From Candidatus Omnitrophota bacterium (GTDB lineage Bacteria; Omnitrophota; Gorgyraeia; Duberdicusellales; 4484-171), in contig JBAWWL010000002.1 in assembly GCA_037146775.1 (NCBI GenBank), positions 198,554 through 262,553 on the forward strand: a DNA stretch of 64,000 bases. Reading direction: 5' to 3'. A program made the position numbers and the translations under genes. Below the pieces are notes generated by a model. It saw only the letters and a program-made list of their open reading frames with translations, searched no databases and had not been told where the DNA came from. The first letter of the stretch is position 1. Every line of letters begins with the position of its first letter. Shown here piece by piece: positions 20,428-30,042 of the stretch.

Positions 20428-21159
20428 ATGGATATGCCAGAAGATCAAGCTCATCTAGGCGGTTATTTTAAAGGGGATCCGAATGCGTGGTGTCCGGATC
20501 TTTGGAATCTTGTGCATGATAAGCTGCATGTGAAATCGGTTTTGGATGTCGGCTGTGGCATAGGACGCTCTACGGCTTATTTTAAAAAGATAGGTTGTGA
20601 AGTGTTGGGGGTTGACGGCAGCCCCGAAGCCAAGCACGAAAGTCTGATCCCGGAGTTTCATATAGTCCATGATTTTACCAAAGGCCCCTTTATCCCGCCC
20701 AAAAAATATGACTTGATTTGGTCCTGCGAATTTGTAGAACACGTGGAAGAGCCATGTCTGGATAATATCCTTCAAACATTTGGCAGTAGTAACAAATATA
20801 TAATGATGACGCATGCGCAGCCGGGGCAAATGGGTTATCATCATGTGAATTGTCGGTCCGGAGTGTATTGGATAACAAAATTATATAAAATCGGATTTAA
20901 GATCGATTTTTGTTTAACAAAGGAAGCCAGGAAGGTGGCCGGCCATGGTTATTTTAAAAAAGACGGTTTAGTCTTTATCAGGCAGCAAGGCGCGACGGGA
21001 TCAGTTCCTGTGGTTTTTTATGTGTCAGTATTATTGCACCAGTGTATCTGGTATATGCAATATATTATTAGTTTCTGTAAAGAAAAAGGGTTCCCGGAGA
21101 CAATAAGAAAATTATACGGTAGGTTGTTGAGGGTAGGTTTTCTATGTTCCCAAAAGTAG
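20428..21159 (+). CDS. Class I SAM-dependent methyltransferase
   Basis: SVLDVGCGIG, GVDGS, CEFVEHV and GYHHVNC motifs. Confidence 0.85.
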   Translation: MDMPEDQAHLGGYFKGDPNAWCPDLWNLVHDKLHVKSVLDVGCGIGRSTAYFKKIGCEVLGVDGSPEAKHESLIPEFHIVHDFTKGPFIPPKKYDLIWSCEFVEHVEEPCLDNILQTFGSSNKYIMMTHAQPGQMGYHHVNCRSGVYWITKLYKIGFKIDFCLTKEARKVAGHGYFKKDGLVFIRQQGATGSVPVVFYVSVLLHQCIWYMQYIISFCKEKGFPETIRKLYGRLLRVGFLCSQK

Positions 21160-22823
21160 CGGTTATCATCCTTAATTATAACGGTAAAGACGATACCTTG
21201 GAATGCTTGGAGTCCGTTGATAAGATCGATTATCCCCATCTTGAAGTGGTTGTCGCGGATAACGGTTCGGCCGATGGATCCCTCGAGGCTATCCGCCATA
21301 AATTTCCGCAAACAAAAAACATTGCTCATAACGTAAATTTAGGATATGCCGAAGGAAATAACCGTGCAATTCTTGATGCGGTGTCACGGGGCGCCGAGTA
21401 CATTCTTCTTTTAAATAATGATGTCGTTGTCGATGCGGGAATCGTCGGTTATTTGATGCACGCGATAGAAAAGTTGCCTCAAGCAGCGTTTCTAAGCCCG
21501 AAAATATATTATTTTGCAGAGCCAAATAGAATTTGGTTTGCCGGTGGGTACTGGTCATCTAGGTGCGCTAATATTATTTCATCGGGATACCAACAAATAG
21601 ATGATTGCGTCAGTTGGGAGGAAACCAAAGAAACGGAATTTGTATTTGGCTGCGCCATGTTTTTTAAGGCCGATATTATCAAACATATTAATTTAATGTC
21701 TTCGGAATATTTCTTGGTGTGGGAGGAAAGCGATTGGTGCATGCGGGCCAGAAAGTTAGGATATAAGTGTTATATTGTGCCGGCGGCCAAAGCCTGGCAC
21801 AAGATTGAAGCTTCTTTCCGGAAGGCATCCGATGGGCTCTTACGGTATTATTTTTGGAATAGAAATCGGCTGCTTTGGATGGAACGAAATATTTCATGGT
21901 CAGAAAGACTATATGTTTTATCGGTAATTGTTATACCCCAAATATTTAAAAATTTCGTTGGACTGTTTGACTTTCAAGCCTGGTCGCTGAGGCGGCTACG
22001 TTGTAAGGTTTATATGTGTGCGGTACATGACTATGTATTTCGCAGATTCGGCGATGCTCCGGGTGAGCTTTACAAGATGCTAAAAAACTTTATTGCCCAG
22101 AAGCCCGAAACTTTGATTATTATAACACCTACATATCCGCGTGCTAATCGGATTGCTTGTCTCGATCGATGTGCAAATGTTTTTAAAAAAGTTGATGAAT
22201 TATTATGGATTGTTATCGAGGACGGAGCTGCCTTGAATGAGGAAGTTACGCAGCTGCTTAAACAAAGCGGCATCAACCATATATATCTGCATTTTGGTCC
22301 GACGCGTTGTTGGGGCAATGAACAACGTAATCATGCTCTGGAATATATCAGAGATAATAACATAAAAGGTATTGTGTACCTGGCCGATGACGATAACTAT
22401 TATGATCCTCGTTTGTTTACCGAGATTAGAAAAACAAAAAAAGTTTCCATTTTTCCTGTCGGTAATCTCGGTCCCAATGGTATAGAACGGCCGGTTATCT
22501 CGGGCGGAAAAATAATTGGCTGGGATGCCCATTGGCTAGACCGTAAGTTCCCCGTTGATATGGCTGGTTTTGCATTTAACGCTGATATACTGCAAGGTTT
22601 AGAAGGACAACCTTGGAATTATTGTCCAGCAGATAAAAGACGCGGCGGGGAAAGTGAGTTCCTGGAGCGGCTGGTTGCTACAAGCGATGAATTGGAGGTG
22701 CTGTGCGACTCATGTACAAGGTGCTATGCGTGGCATAATTTACCGCTTGACGTGAATCCACTATGGGCTGTTATTCATGCGCGATTATGGAAATTTCTGA
22801 AGCGCATGATTTCTAAGATGTGA
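21144..22823 (+). CDS. GT2 glycosyltransferase fused to a GT43 (GlcAT-I-like) domain
   Basis: N-half has LLLNND and WEESDWC (GT2, WbbL-like). C-half has ITPTY.R, LLWIVIED, EQRN.AL, YLADDDNYY, FPVDMAGFA and C...WH, the GT43 signature series. Confidence 0.85.
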   Translation: MFPKVAVIILNYNGKDDTLECLESVDKIDYPHLEVVVADNGSADGSLEAIRHKFPQTKNIAHNVNLGYAEGNNRAILDAVSRGAEYILLLNNDVVVDAGIVGYLMHAIEKLPQAAFLSPKIYYFAEPNRIWFAGGYWSSRCANIISSGYQQIDDCVSWEETKETEFVFGCAMFFKADIIKHINLMSSEYFLVWEESDWCMRARKLGYKCYIVPAAKAWHKIEASFRKASDGLLRYYFWNRNRLLWMERNISWSERLYVLSVIVIPQIFKNFVGLFDFQAWSLRRLRCKVYMCAVHDYVFRRFGDAPGELYKMLKNFIAQKPETLIIITPTYPRANRIACLDRCANVFKKVDELLWIVIEDGAALNEEVTQLLKQSGINHIYLHFGPTRCWGNEQRNHALEYIRDNNIKGIVYLADDDNYYDPRLFTEIRKTKKVSIFPVGNLGPNGIERPVISGGKIIGWDAHWLDRKFPVDMAGFAFNADILQGLEGQPWNYCPADKRRGGESEFLERLVATSDELEVLCDSCTRCYAWHNLPLDVNPLWAVIHARLWKFLKRMISKM

Positions 22824-22904
22824 AAATGGATAGCAGGACGAAACCACGCGAAAAAATCATAAACGATACCGTCTTTGTTAAATTATATACAAAAATAGAT
22901 TGAA

Positions 22905-24309
22905 ATGGCAAGAATATTATTGATTTCAGTATATGATATTAATGCAGAGGGGTTGAGAAGCCTATCTGCTCTGTTGAAGAGTAAAGGACATCAACCGTAT
23001 ATCGTATTCCTTAAGCGATACGGAAAAAGCGGCTCTTTTGTCTTTAATTGGCGAGGTCAAGCCTGAGCTTATCGGTATTTCAGTAACAACGCCGTTAAGA
23101 AAAAAGGCAGTCGAAATATCGCTATTGATAAAGAACATATATGCTATACCGATTGTTTGGGGAGGTCCAGATCCAACTATAAGCGCACAAGATTGCTTAG
23201 CGTATTGTGACTTCGTATGTGTCGGTGAGGGAGAAAAAACTATTATTGATATTGCTTCGGCGCTTGATGTAAAGGATGACATCAAGAAAGTGAATAATAT
23301 CGCGTATATGGCAGCTGATAGATGTGTTCGAAATCCTCTGAATCCTTTGGTAATCGATTTAGATAGTCTTCCTTTTAAAGATATAGATAAGGATAATAAG
23401 TTTTTGATAGAAGATAATATGTTGATAAGAAATTTCCATGAAGTAAGCAACACATTAAATTATAAATATCATCTGATAGGTGCGCGAGGGTGCCCCTATG
23501 GCTGTTCGTATTGTTGCGAAGATTTCTATAAAAAATTGTACGATAAACAAGTTTTTTTAAGAAGAAGGTCTGTTTCTCACATAATACAAGAATTAGAAGA
23601 AGCAAAGATAATACGCTACAAATTTGTTCAATTTGAAGATGAAGTTTTTTCTTATGACTATGATTGGTTATTGGAATTTAAAGATAGGTATAAAAGCGAG
23701 ATTAACCTTCCATTCACATGTTATATTTATCCAAATAAAAATATCGAAAGGCAATTGAAAATTTTGAAAGAAACAGGTCTCACTCGCACATGCTTGGCAT
23801 TGCAATCAGGTAGTGGTAGGATAAACAAACAAATATTTAATAGAGTTTTCGATAGAGAACTTTTTATAAAAACAGCTAGGTTGCTGAAATCAATGGATAT
23901 AGAGTATTACGTTGATGTTATAACGTTTAATCCTTTCGAGACAGAGGAAGACCTGCGGTTAACCTTGGACGTTCTCAATGAACTGCCGAGGCCATTCTGG
24001 TTGTGTATTAACAAGCTATATGTTCTCAAAGGTACAAAAATATATACTTTGCTTAAAGATTATAAAAAAACAATAAAGAGTGCGATTCCGGAAAGACTTT
24101 TTACCTACTACAGCCTTCTATTTTGGCGGACAACAGAGTATCATAAAAACCTGGTCAAGTTTATATATGCGATAAGAATATTTAAGTATTTTCCAGCTTT
24201 GTTTAATTATACATCAAAAATATATTCCTGTATTCGTAATCCCAGAGATATTCCTAAAAGAATAAAACGAAAGTTCATCAAAGGGGTCAGACCTTCAGAT
24301 GTCAGATAA
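22905..24309 (+). pseudogene. B12-binding radical SAM protein, frameshifted near 23010-23030
   Basis: ATG 22905 gives MARILLISVYDINAEGLRSLSALLKSKGH (start of B12 domain) but stops after ~53 aa. The remainder (TEKAALLSLIGEVKPELIGIS...WGGPDPT...RGCPYGCSYC) is in another frame, ending at 24309. Confidence 0.7.
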
Positions 24310-25293
24310 ATTGACAAAGCATTAACAAATGTTATCATACGTTCATGGCAAGACCTTATAGAATCCAAGGTGAAAATTGTCTTTACCATATAACCAGCCG
24401 CGGCGATGACCGCAAGAAAATTTTTATCAGCGAAGTAGACTACACAAAATTCCTCGAATATTTAAAGTCAGCTCAAGCAAAATTCAAATTTTATCTTTAC
24501 GCCTATTGTTTGATGGACAATCATTACCATCTTTTCCTGGAAACCGCTCAGGCTAATCTTTCAAGGATAATGCAATATATCAATACTTCCTATACTGTGT
24601 ATTACAACGTAAAACGTAAGAAATGCGGGCATTTGTTTCAGGGGAGGTATAAATCTATCCTGGTGGAGGCAGACAGTTATTTTCTCGAATTAACCCGCTA
24701 CATTCACTTAAATCCAGTCAGGGCTAAAATAGTTACTGATCCGGAAGCATACAGGTGGTCGAGCTATAACGAATATATCAAAAAAACAAAAGATAACCGT
24801 ATAGACAAAGAACAGCTACGCAAATATTATAAGCTATCTTGTGGTAGCTATAAAACATTTATACTTGATGGCATAAATAAAGAAGAATCGCCTCTTAGTA
24901 ACTTATATGCCGGCTGCATCCTGGGAAAAGAAAAATTCATCAAAGATACGCTTGCTGCTTTAAAAATTACTGTCGAGAGCAAAGATTTTTCTCATAAGAA
25001 GACACTCAGTGGTGTAGATCCAAAAATAATAATTCAAGAAGTTGCTGACTATTACAAAAAAGAGCCCGAGGTGTTATATAAAGCCGCAAAGAAACCTGTG
25101 TTGGCAAAAAAGATAGCAGTATATTTATTGAAAAAATTAACCGGTTTAACCAATAAAGAAATAGGTGATATGTTTGGTATAGGATATTCTGGGGTAAGTT
25201 GGATTGCCCAGAACGTTGAGGGAATAATAAGCCGAGACACTAAGGTAAAAGAAGACATCGCGAGACTTATCTTACGTCTGAAGGCCTGATCCC
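24283..25293 (+). mobile_element. Inverted-repeat-bounded HUH Y1 (RAYT/TnpA-REP-like) element
   Basis: Left end ggggtcagaccttcagatgtcagataa (24283); right end ttatcttacgtctgaaggcctgatccc (25267-25293), 23/27 match to the reverse complement. Confidence 0.8.
24345..25289 (+). CDS. REP-associated tyrosine transposase (Y1_Tnp) with C-terminal DnaA_C-like HTH
   Basis: MARPYR, YHITSRG, CLMDNHYHL (HUH), GHLFQGRY, YIHLNPVRA, YRWSSY; C-terminal LTNKEIGDMFG HTH. Confidence 0.92.
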   Translation: MARPYRIQGENCLYHITSRGDDRKKIFISEVDYTKFLEYLKSAQAKFKFYLYAYCLMDNHYHLFLETAQANLSRIMQYINTSYTVYYNVKRKKCGHLFQGRYKSILVEADSYFLELTRYIHLNPVRAKIVTDPEAYRWSSYNEYIKKTKDNRIDKEQLRKYYKLSCGSYKTFILDGINKEESPLSNLYAGCILGKEKFIKDTLAALKITVESKDFSHKKTLSGVDPKIIIQEVADYYKKEPEVLYKAAKKPVLAKKIAVYLLKKLTGLTNKEIGDMFGIGYSGVSWIAQNVEGIISRDTKVKEDIARLILRLKA

Positions 25294-25321
25294 GCGGGTG
25301 CAAACTTTTCAATAACAACTC

Positions 25322-26305
25322 ATGTCTAAAAGAATTAAGAATTTATTAAAAAAAATCATAAGGAGCAATCCTGCGGTATTTAATTTTTATAGTTCCATCT
25401 ATCGTAAAATAAACCCCTTACAAGTTGAGTATGGATGGGGAGCATTGCCAAAATTAGTAATGATTGAACCTACAAACGTTTGTAATTTTTCTTGCGTTAT
25501 GTGTCCAGGCAAATTAATGAAACGCAAGCGCGGTTTTATGGAATTAAAACTATTCAAGTTGGTCCTTGATAAGGTCCAGGAAGCAGGAATTTCTCACATT
25601 ATCCTTCATACTGTAGGAGAGCCCTTAATGCACCCAAAATTTTTAGAAATGCTGAAGCTTTCTGTTTTGTGTCCTACGATTAAAAAAGTAGAATTCTACA
25701 CAAACGGGTCATTATTGGATGAAACATATATGAAAGAGATATTGAATATGAAGATATGCAGAGTTTATGTTTCATTCAGCGGCTGGGATAAGAAAAGTTA
25801 CGAAACGAGATATTGCGGCGGAGTGTTTGAAGATATAGTTAAGAAGCTAACAATGTTTAATCAAATGATACGTGCTTACGGGGCACCCTTGCAAACACTT
25901 ATGATAAGCGGGCTGGTGGATGAAGAATGGGAAAAAGAGAAAGTAATAATTTTTTTAAAAAATATCGGCTTGGAAACCAGTCAAGTCAGTCTTTTGCATC
26001 CTTTCAATTGGATTGGTTTTATTTTGAACAGCTATAACTGTAGCATTGACGGGCACGACAATACTAAAAGTAAACAGCGAGCCTGTTATTTTATCCGTGA
26101 TAACCCCGGCATTTTGCATGATGGTAAAGTAACAGCATGTGGTTGCCATGATATTAATGGCGAGCTTCTTATCGGCGATATTCAAAAACAAAGTATATCG
26201 GAAATCAGGAAAGGAGCATATTTTAAAGAAATTGTATGTAAACTTAAGCAAGGGAATTTGGGCGGTCTGGTTTGTCACAAGTGTGACGCTGTTGAAAGAT
26301 GGTGA
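25322..26305 (+). CDS. Radical SAM / SPASM(twitch)-domain protein
   Basis: EPTNVCNFSCVMC, GEPLMHP; C-terminal C...GKVTAC.C.D...CHKC. Confidence 0.88.
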   Translation: MSKRIKNLLKKIIRSNPAVFNFYSSIYRKINPLQVEYGWGALPKLVMIEPTNVCNFSCVMCPGKLMKRKRGFMELKLFKLVLDKVQEAGISHIILHTVGEPLMHPKFLEMLKLSVLCPTIKKVEFYTNGSLLDETYMKEILNMKICRVYVSFSGWDKKSYETRYCGGVFEDIVKKLTMFNQMIRAYGAPLQTLMISGLVDEEWEKEKVIIFLKNIGLETSQVSLLHPFNWIGFILNSYNCSIDGHDNTKSKQRACYFIRDNPGILHDGKVTACGCHDINGELLIGDIQKQSISEIRKGAYFKEIVCKLKQGNLGGLVCHKCDAVERW

Positions 26306-26461
26306 TAGCCAGGGTTAGCGGAATTATGGGTAAGCAAATATTAAAGGGATTTATGTATCCCGAAAATCTACCGCTTTTGATATACCGATGGATGTGAATC
26401 TGTGGAGGATTACAAGGGTTCGACGTAGCTGGCCACCAGAGAGATTGAAAAGGAGAAGGCG

Positions 26462-27967
26462 ATGAAAGTAACATTAATTTACCCAAATATAAATAATATT
26501 CCGAGTTATAGTTTTGGATTGGGCATTATTGCCGCTTACTTGAAGCAAAACGGCCACAAGGTCCAGGGGTTCTATATAGATTCAGAGACAGAAGAAGATA
26601 TCGACTTGGTGAATATTGAAAAACAGATAAAGAAATTCAATCCAGGGTTAATAGGATTTTCATCTGTCTCCAACCAATATAACTTTGTAAAACTGATCGC
26701 AAGGCACTTAAAGCGTAGTGGCATAAATGCGAAGATTATCGTTGGGGGGGCTCATCCCACGATTGCTCCCGAGGAAGTTATAAAAGAAAATTTTATTGAT
26801 ATGGTTTGTGTGGGCGAAGGAGAAGACGCAATCCTCGAATTAGTTAATAAATTAGACAAAAAAGAGGATATCTCGAATGTAAGAAATATTTGGTTAAAGA
26901 AGGGTGATAGAGTATTAAGAAATGGCTTAAGGCCTTTGATTAAAGATCTAGGGAGGCTGCCTTTCGCCGACAGAAATTTATTTGATTTCAGAAATATTTT
27001 AGAAAAAAGGAGAGGTTGGGTCAATATTTTAGTTAGCCGCGGTTGCCCATTTCAGTGCAGTTATTGTATTAACCATTATCTTGGAAAGATAAATAAAGAA
27101 AAATTCACAATTAGGATGAGGCCGATTGATCATGTTTTGTCAGAAATTGCTGAGATTGAGAAAGGGCAGGAAATAAAAATGGTTAACTTTGCCGACGATG
27201 CCTTTACGGTCAACAAAGAATGGACATTGAAATTTTGTAAAGAATATCCTAAAAAGTTTAAAAAATACCCTTTTGCGTGTAATGCGAGGACAACCAACTT
27301 TGATGAAACATTAGCATGTGCTCTGAAAAAAGCCGGATGTGCTGAAGTTAAGATGGGTCTTGAGTCCGGTTCAGGAAGGGTAAGAGAGGAGATTTTGAAT
27401 AGATCTATGACGAATGGACAGATTGAAAAAGCATTTAGTGTAGCAAAAAAATTTGGGATAAGAACATGGGCATTCAATATGATTGGAATACCTACGGAAA
27501 CAAAAAATGAATTATTAGAAACAATTAAGTTAAATGCTAAGATAAGACCCTACATATTATGGTGCTCCATACTATTTCCATATAAAGGTACAAAGCTTTA
27601 TGAGCGGTGTCTTAAAGAAGGGATAATTGATAAAAATAAACAATTTAAATATACTTCCTATTTTAACGGAACAATATTAAAATTGAAAGATTTCACCGAG
27701 GCCGATATTGTGAGATATAAAACAATGTTTAGGTGGTATGTTGATGCCTACAGTAATATTGAGGTTGCGCCCCTTTACAAAGGGCTTGTAAGTTTGTTCG
27801 AGGCCTTACCAAGTAAAATGTGGATGACTAAAGAAGCCCAGAAATTATTCAAGGAGCTAGATGGTAATGTCGATGATTTATTAAAAATATTAAAAAAAGA
27901 ACATTATAGTTCAAGGGGTCATCTTTATTTAAATTTTTCTGCGGCAACGAATTGGGAGTTGCCCTAG
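26462..27967 (+). CDS. B12-binding radical SAM protein (class B methyltransferase-like)
   Basis: VGGAHPT, GEGE, SRGCPFQCSYC and GLESGS motifs. Confidence 0.9.
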   Translation: MKVTLIYPNINNIPSYSFGLGIIAAYLKQNGHKVQGFYIDSETEEDIDLVNIEKQIKKFNPGLIGFSSVSNQYNFVKLIARHLKRSGINAKIIVGGAHPTIAPEEVIKENFIDMVCVGEGEDAILELVNKLDKKEDISNVRNIWLKKGDRVLRNGLRPLIKDLGRLPFADRNLFDFRNILEKRRGWVNILVSRGCPFQCSYCINHYLGKINKEKFTIRMRPIDHVLSEIAEIEKGQEIKMVNFADDAFTVNKEWTLKFCKEYPKKFKKYPFACNARTTNFDETLACALKKAGCAEVKMGLESGSGRVREEILNRSMTNGQIEKAFSVAKKFGIRTWAFNMIGIPTETKNELLETIKLNAKIRPYILWCSILFPYKGTKLYERCLKEGIIDKNKQFKYTSYFNGTILKLKDFTEADIVRYKTMFRWYVDAYSNIEVAPLYKGLVSLFEALPSKMWMTKEAQKLFKELDGNVDDLLKILKKEHYSSRGHLYLNFSAATNWELP

Positions 27968-28173
27968 TTTTCTGTCGTTTAGAGACCAAGATTTTCTTGT
28001 TGAAATAGAAGTAGATGCAGTGGGTATAATCTAAAAGAATCGAAATCTTGCAAAAATGTGCTTAAGAAAGTCTGTATCCGGGCATCCGGCCGGTGATTGA
28101 TTGTAATGGCGCAAGATGATTAGTCTATCTGCAGCCGATTGCAAAAAATAAAGTTATAAAAGAAAAAAGGGAG

Positions 28174-29838
28174 ATGTCTATGCAAAAAAACCGTAAGTCC
28201 ACCGTTGCTACCTATCTTATAAAGCGTCTTGAGCAAGCAGGGCTAAAGCATATCTTTGGTGTCCCGGGAGATTATGTGCTCACGTTTTTTGATTATCTTG
28301 AAAAGAGCAATCTGAAGGTGGTTTGTAATTGTAATGAACTGAACGCCGGCTACGCGGCTGATGCTTACGGACGGTTAAGCGGCCTATCGGCTGTTTGCGT
28401 TACATATGGCGTAGGTGGGTTTAGTCTTTTTAACGCGGTTGTGGGCGCATTTGCAGAGCGTATACCACTTGTTGTTATAAGCGGAGCACCAAGGATTTTC
28501 GAACGGGCTCATCATCACCTGTTGCACCATACTACCGGCGACATAAATCTTCAGTACAGCATGTACGAAAAAGTAACCGTTGCCTCATGTGTGTTGACCA
28601 ATCCAGAACAAGCTCCCGCCCAAATTGATAAGACTATTGAGGCTTGTTTGAAGTTTAAGCGTCCGGTTTATATCGAAGTCCCTATTGATATTGTTCATTG
28701 TGCGTGTCCAGAACCGGGGTCGTTTGCTATGGATACAATTATCACAAGCGATAGGCCATCTCTTGACGAAGCCGTTTCCGAGGCAGTCACGTTACTCCAG
28801 GAGGCCGCACAGCCGGTGATTCTTGCTGGCGTCGAGACTCATCGTTTTAGAATTCAGCGCCAACTGCAAAATCTTATAGAGCATAGCGGGTATCCATTTG
28901 CTTCGTCGTTATTAGGAAAAACGGTCCTCCCCGAAGAGCATCCGCAATTTGTAGGTGTGTATGGAGGGGTTGCCAGCTGGGAAAGTGCGCGTAAAATAGT
29001 TCAGCGGGCAGATATTATTTTGTGTTTGGGTACGATCATGACTGATATAGAAATAGGAGGATGTAAACCTTTGCTTGATCCCGGCCGGATGATCATCGCT
29101 AATTCCGACAAGGTCCGCATTAAACACCATGTGTATAATCACATAAGTCTCAAGGATTTTATGGTCGGCTTGAAGAGTAAGCTAAAAAAAGGTAAAGTCG
29201 TTAAAGTTTCAAATTCTTACCATCCGTCCAGCGCACTGAAAACGGAATATAAGGTGCAGTCCGGACAGAAAATTACGGTGAAGCGTTTTTATCAAAGGAT
29301 GAATAGTTTCATAGACAGGAAATCGATTGTACTTGGGGAATCGGGAGATTCTTTATTTAATGTAGCAAGCCTCTTTTTACCGAAAGGAGCATCTTGTATT
29401 GATCAGGCGTTTTATCTTTCTATCGGTTATACTGTGCCCGGTACGCTTGGTGCCGGCCTTGCCGCCCCGGATTCGAGGGTAATAACTTTTGTGGGAGACG
29501 GCGCGTTCCAGATGACTGCCCAGGAAGTGTCCACGATTATCAGAGAGAAGTTAAATCCTATTATTTTTGTTATGAATAACGATGGGTATACCATTGAGCG
29601 TGTCATGGTTGATGGCGCCTTTAACGATATTCAGATGTGGAAGTATTCCGAACTGCCAACTGTTTTTGGCGGCGGGTGGGGGTGTGTTGTCAAAACAGAA
29701 GATGATCTTGAAGCTGCTTTATTGGAAGCAAGGCGGCGCAAAAACGAGTTCGCGCTTATCGAGGTGCGGTTGGATAAATTTGATTGTTCTGAGGCCGTAC
29801 GAATGTATGGTATAAAATACAAAGCAGCAAAGCAGTAA
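28174..29838 (+). CDS. TPP-dependent alpha-keto acid (pyruvate/indolepyruvate) decarboxylase
   Basis: FGVPGDY, NELNAGYAADAY, HHT and GDGAFQMT...NNDGYTIE motifs. Confidence 0.9.
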   Translation: MSMQKNRKSTVATYLIKRLEQAGLKHIFGVPGDYVLTFFDYLEKSNLKVVCNCNELNAGYAADAYGRLSGLSAVCVTYGVGGFSLFNAVVGAFAERIPLVVISGAPRIFERAHHHLLHHTTGDINLQYSMYEKVTVASCVLTNPEQAPAQIDKTIEACLKFKRPVYIEVPIDIVHCACPEPGSFAMDTIITSDRPSLDEAVSEAVTLLQEAAQPVILAGVETHRFRIQRQLQNLIEHSGYPFASSLLGKTVLPEEHPQFVGVYGGVASWESARKIVQRADIILCLGTIMTDIEIGGCKPLLDPGRMIIANSDKVRIKHHVYNHISLKDFMVGLKSKLKKGKVVKVSNSYHPSSALKTEYKVQSGQKITVKRFYQRMNSFIDRKSIVLGESGDSLFNVASLFLPKGASCIDQAFYLSIGYTVPGTLGAGLAAPDSRVITFVGDGAFQMTAQEVSTIIREKLNPIIFVMNNDGYTIERVMVDGAFNDIQMWKYSELPTVFGGGWGCVVKTEDDLEAALLEARRRKNEFALIEVRLDKFDCSEAVRMYGIKYKAAKQ

Positions 29839-29980
29839 ACAGATAAAGACAGTAATTGAAAATCAGGAAGGAATTGCTGCCGAAGAATGATCTTAATTTA
29901 TCAAGAAATAATGAATAATTGGTCGGCTGTTACGCGTGGCGAGCCAATGCAACAGCATGGAAAATAAAGGCGTTTTAGGG

Positions 29981-30008
29981 TTTATCTGACATCTGAAGGT
30001 CTGACCCC
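29981..30008 (-). repeat. Isolated inverted copy of the transposase-end repeat
   Basis: tttatctgacatctgaaggtctgacccc is the exact reverse complement of 24283-24310. Confidence 0.9.
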
Positions 30009-30042
30009 AAAGCCAAAGTAGGACACTAGTGAAAGTAGGAAG

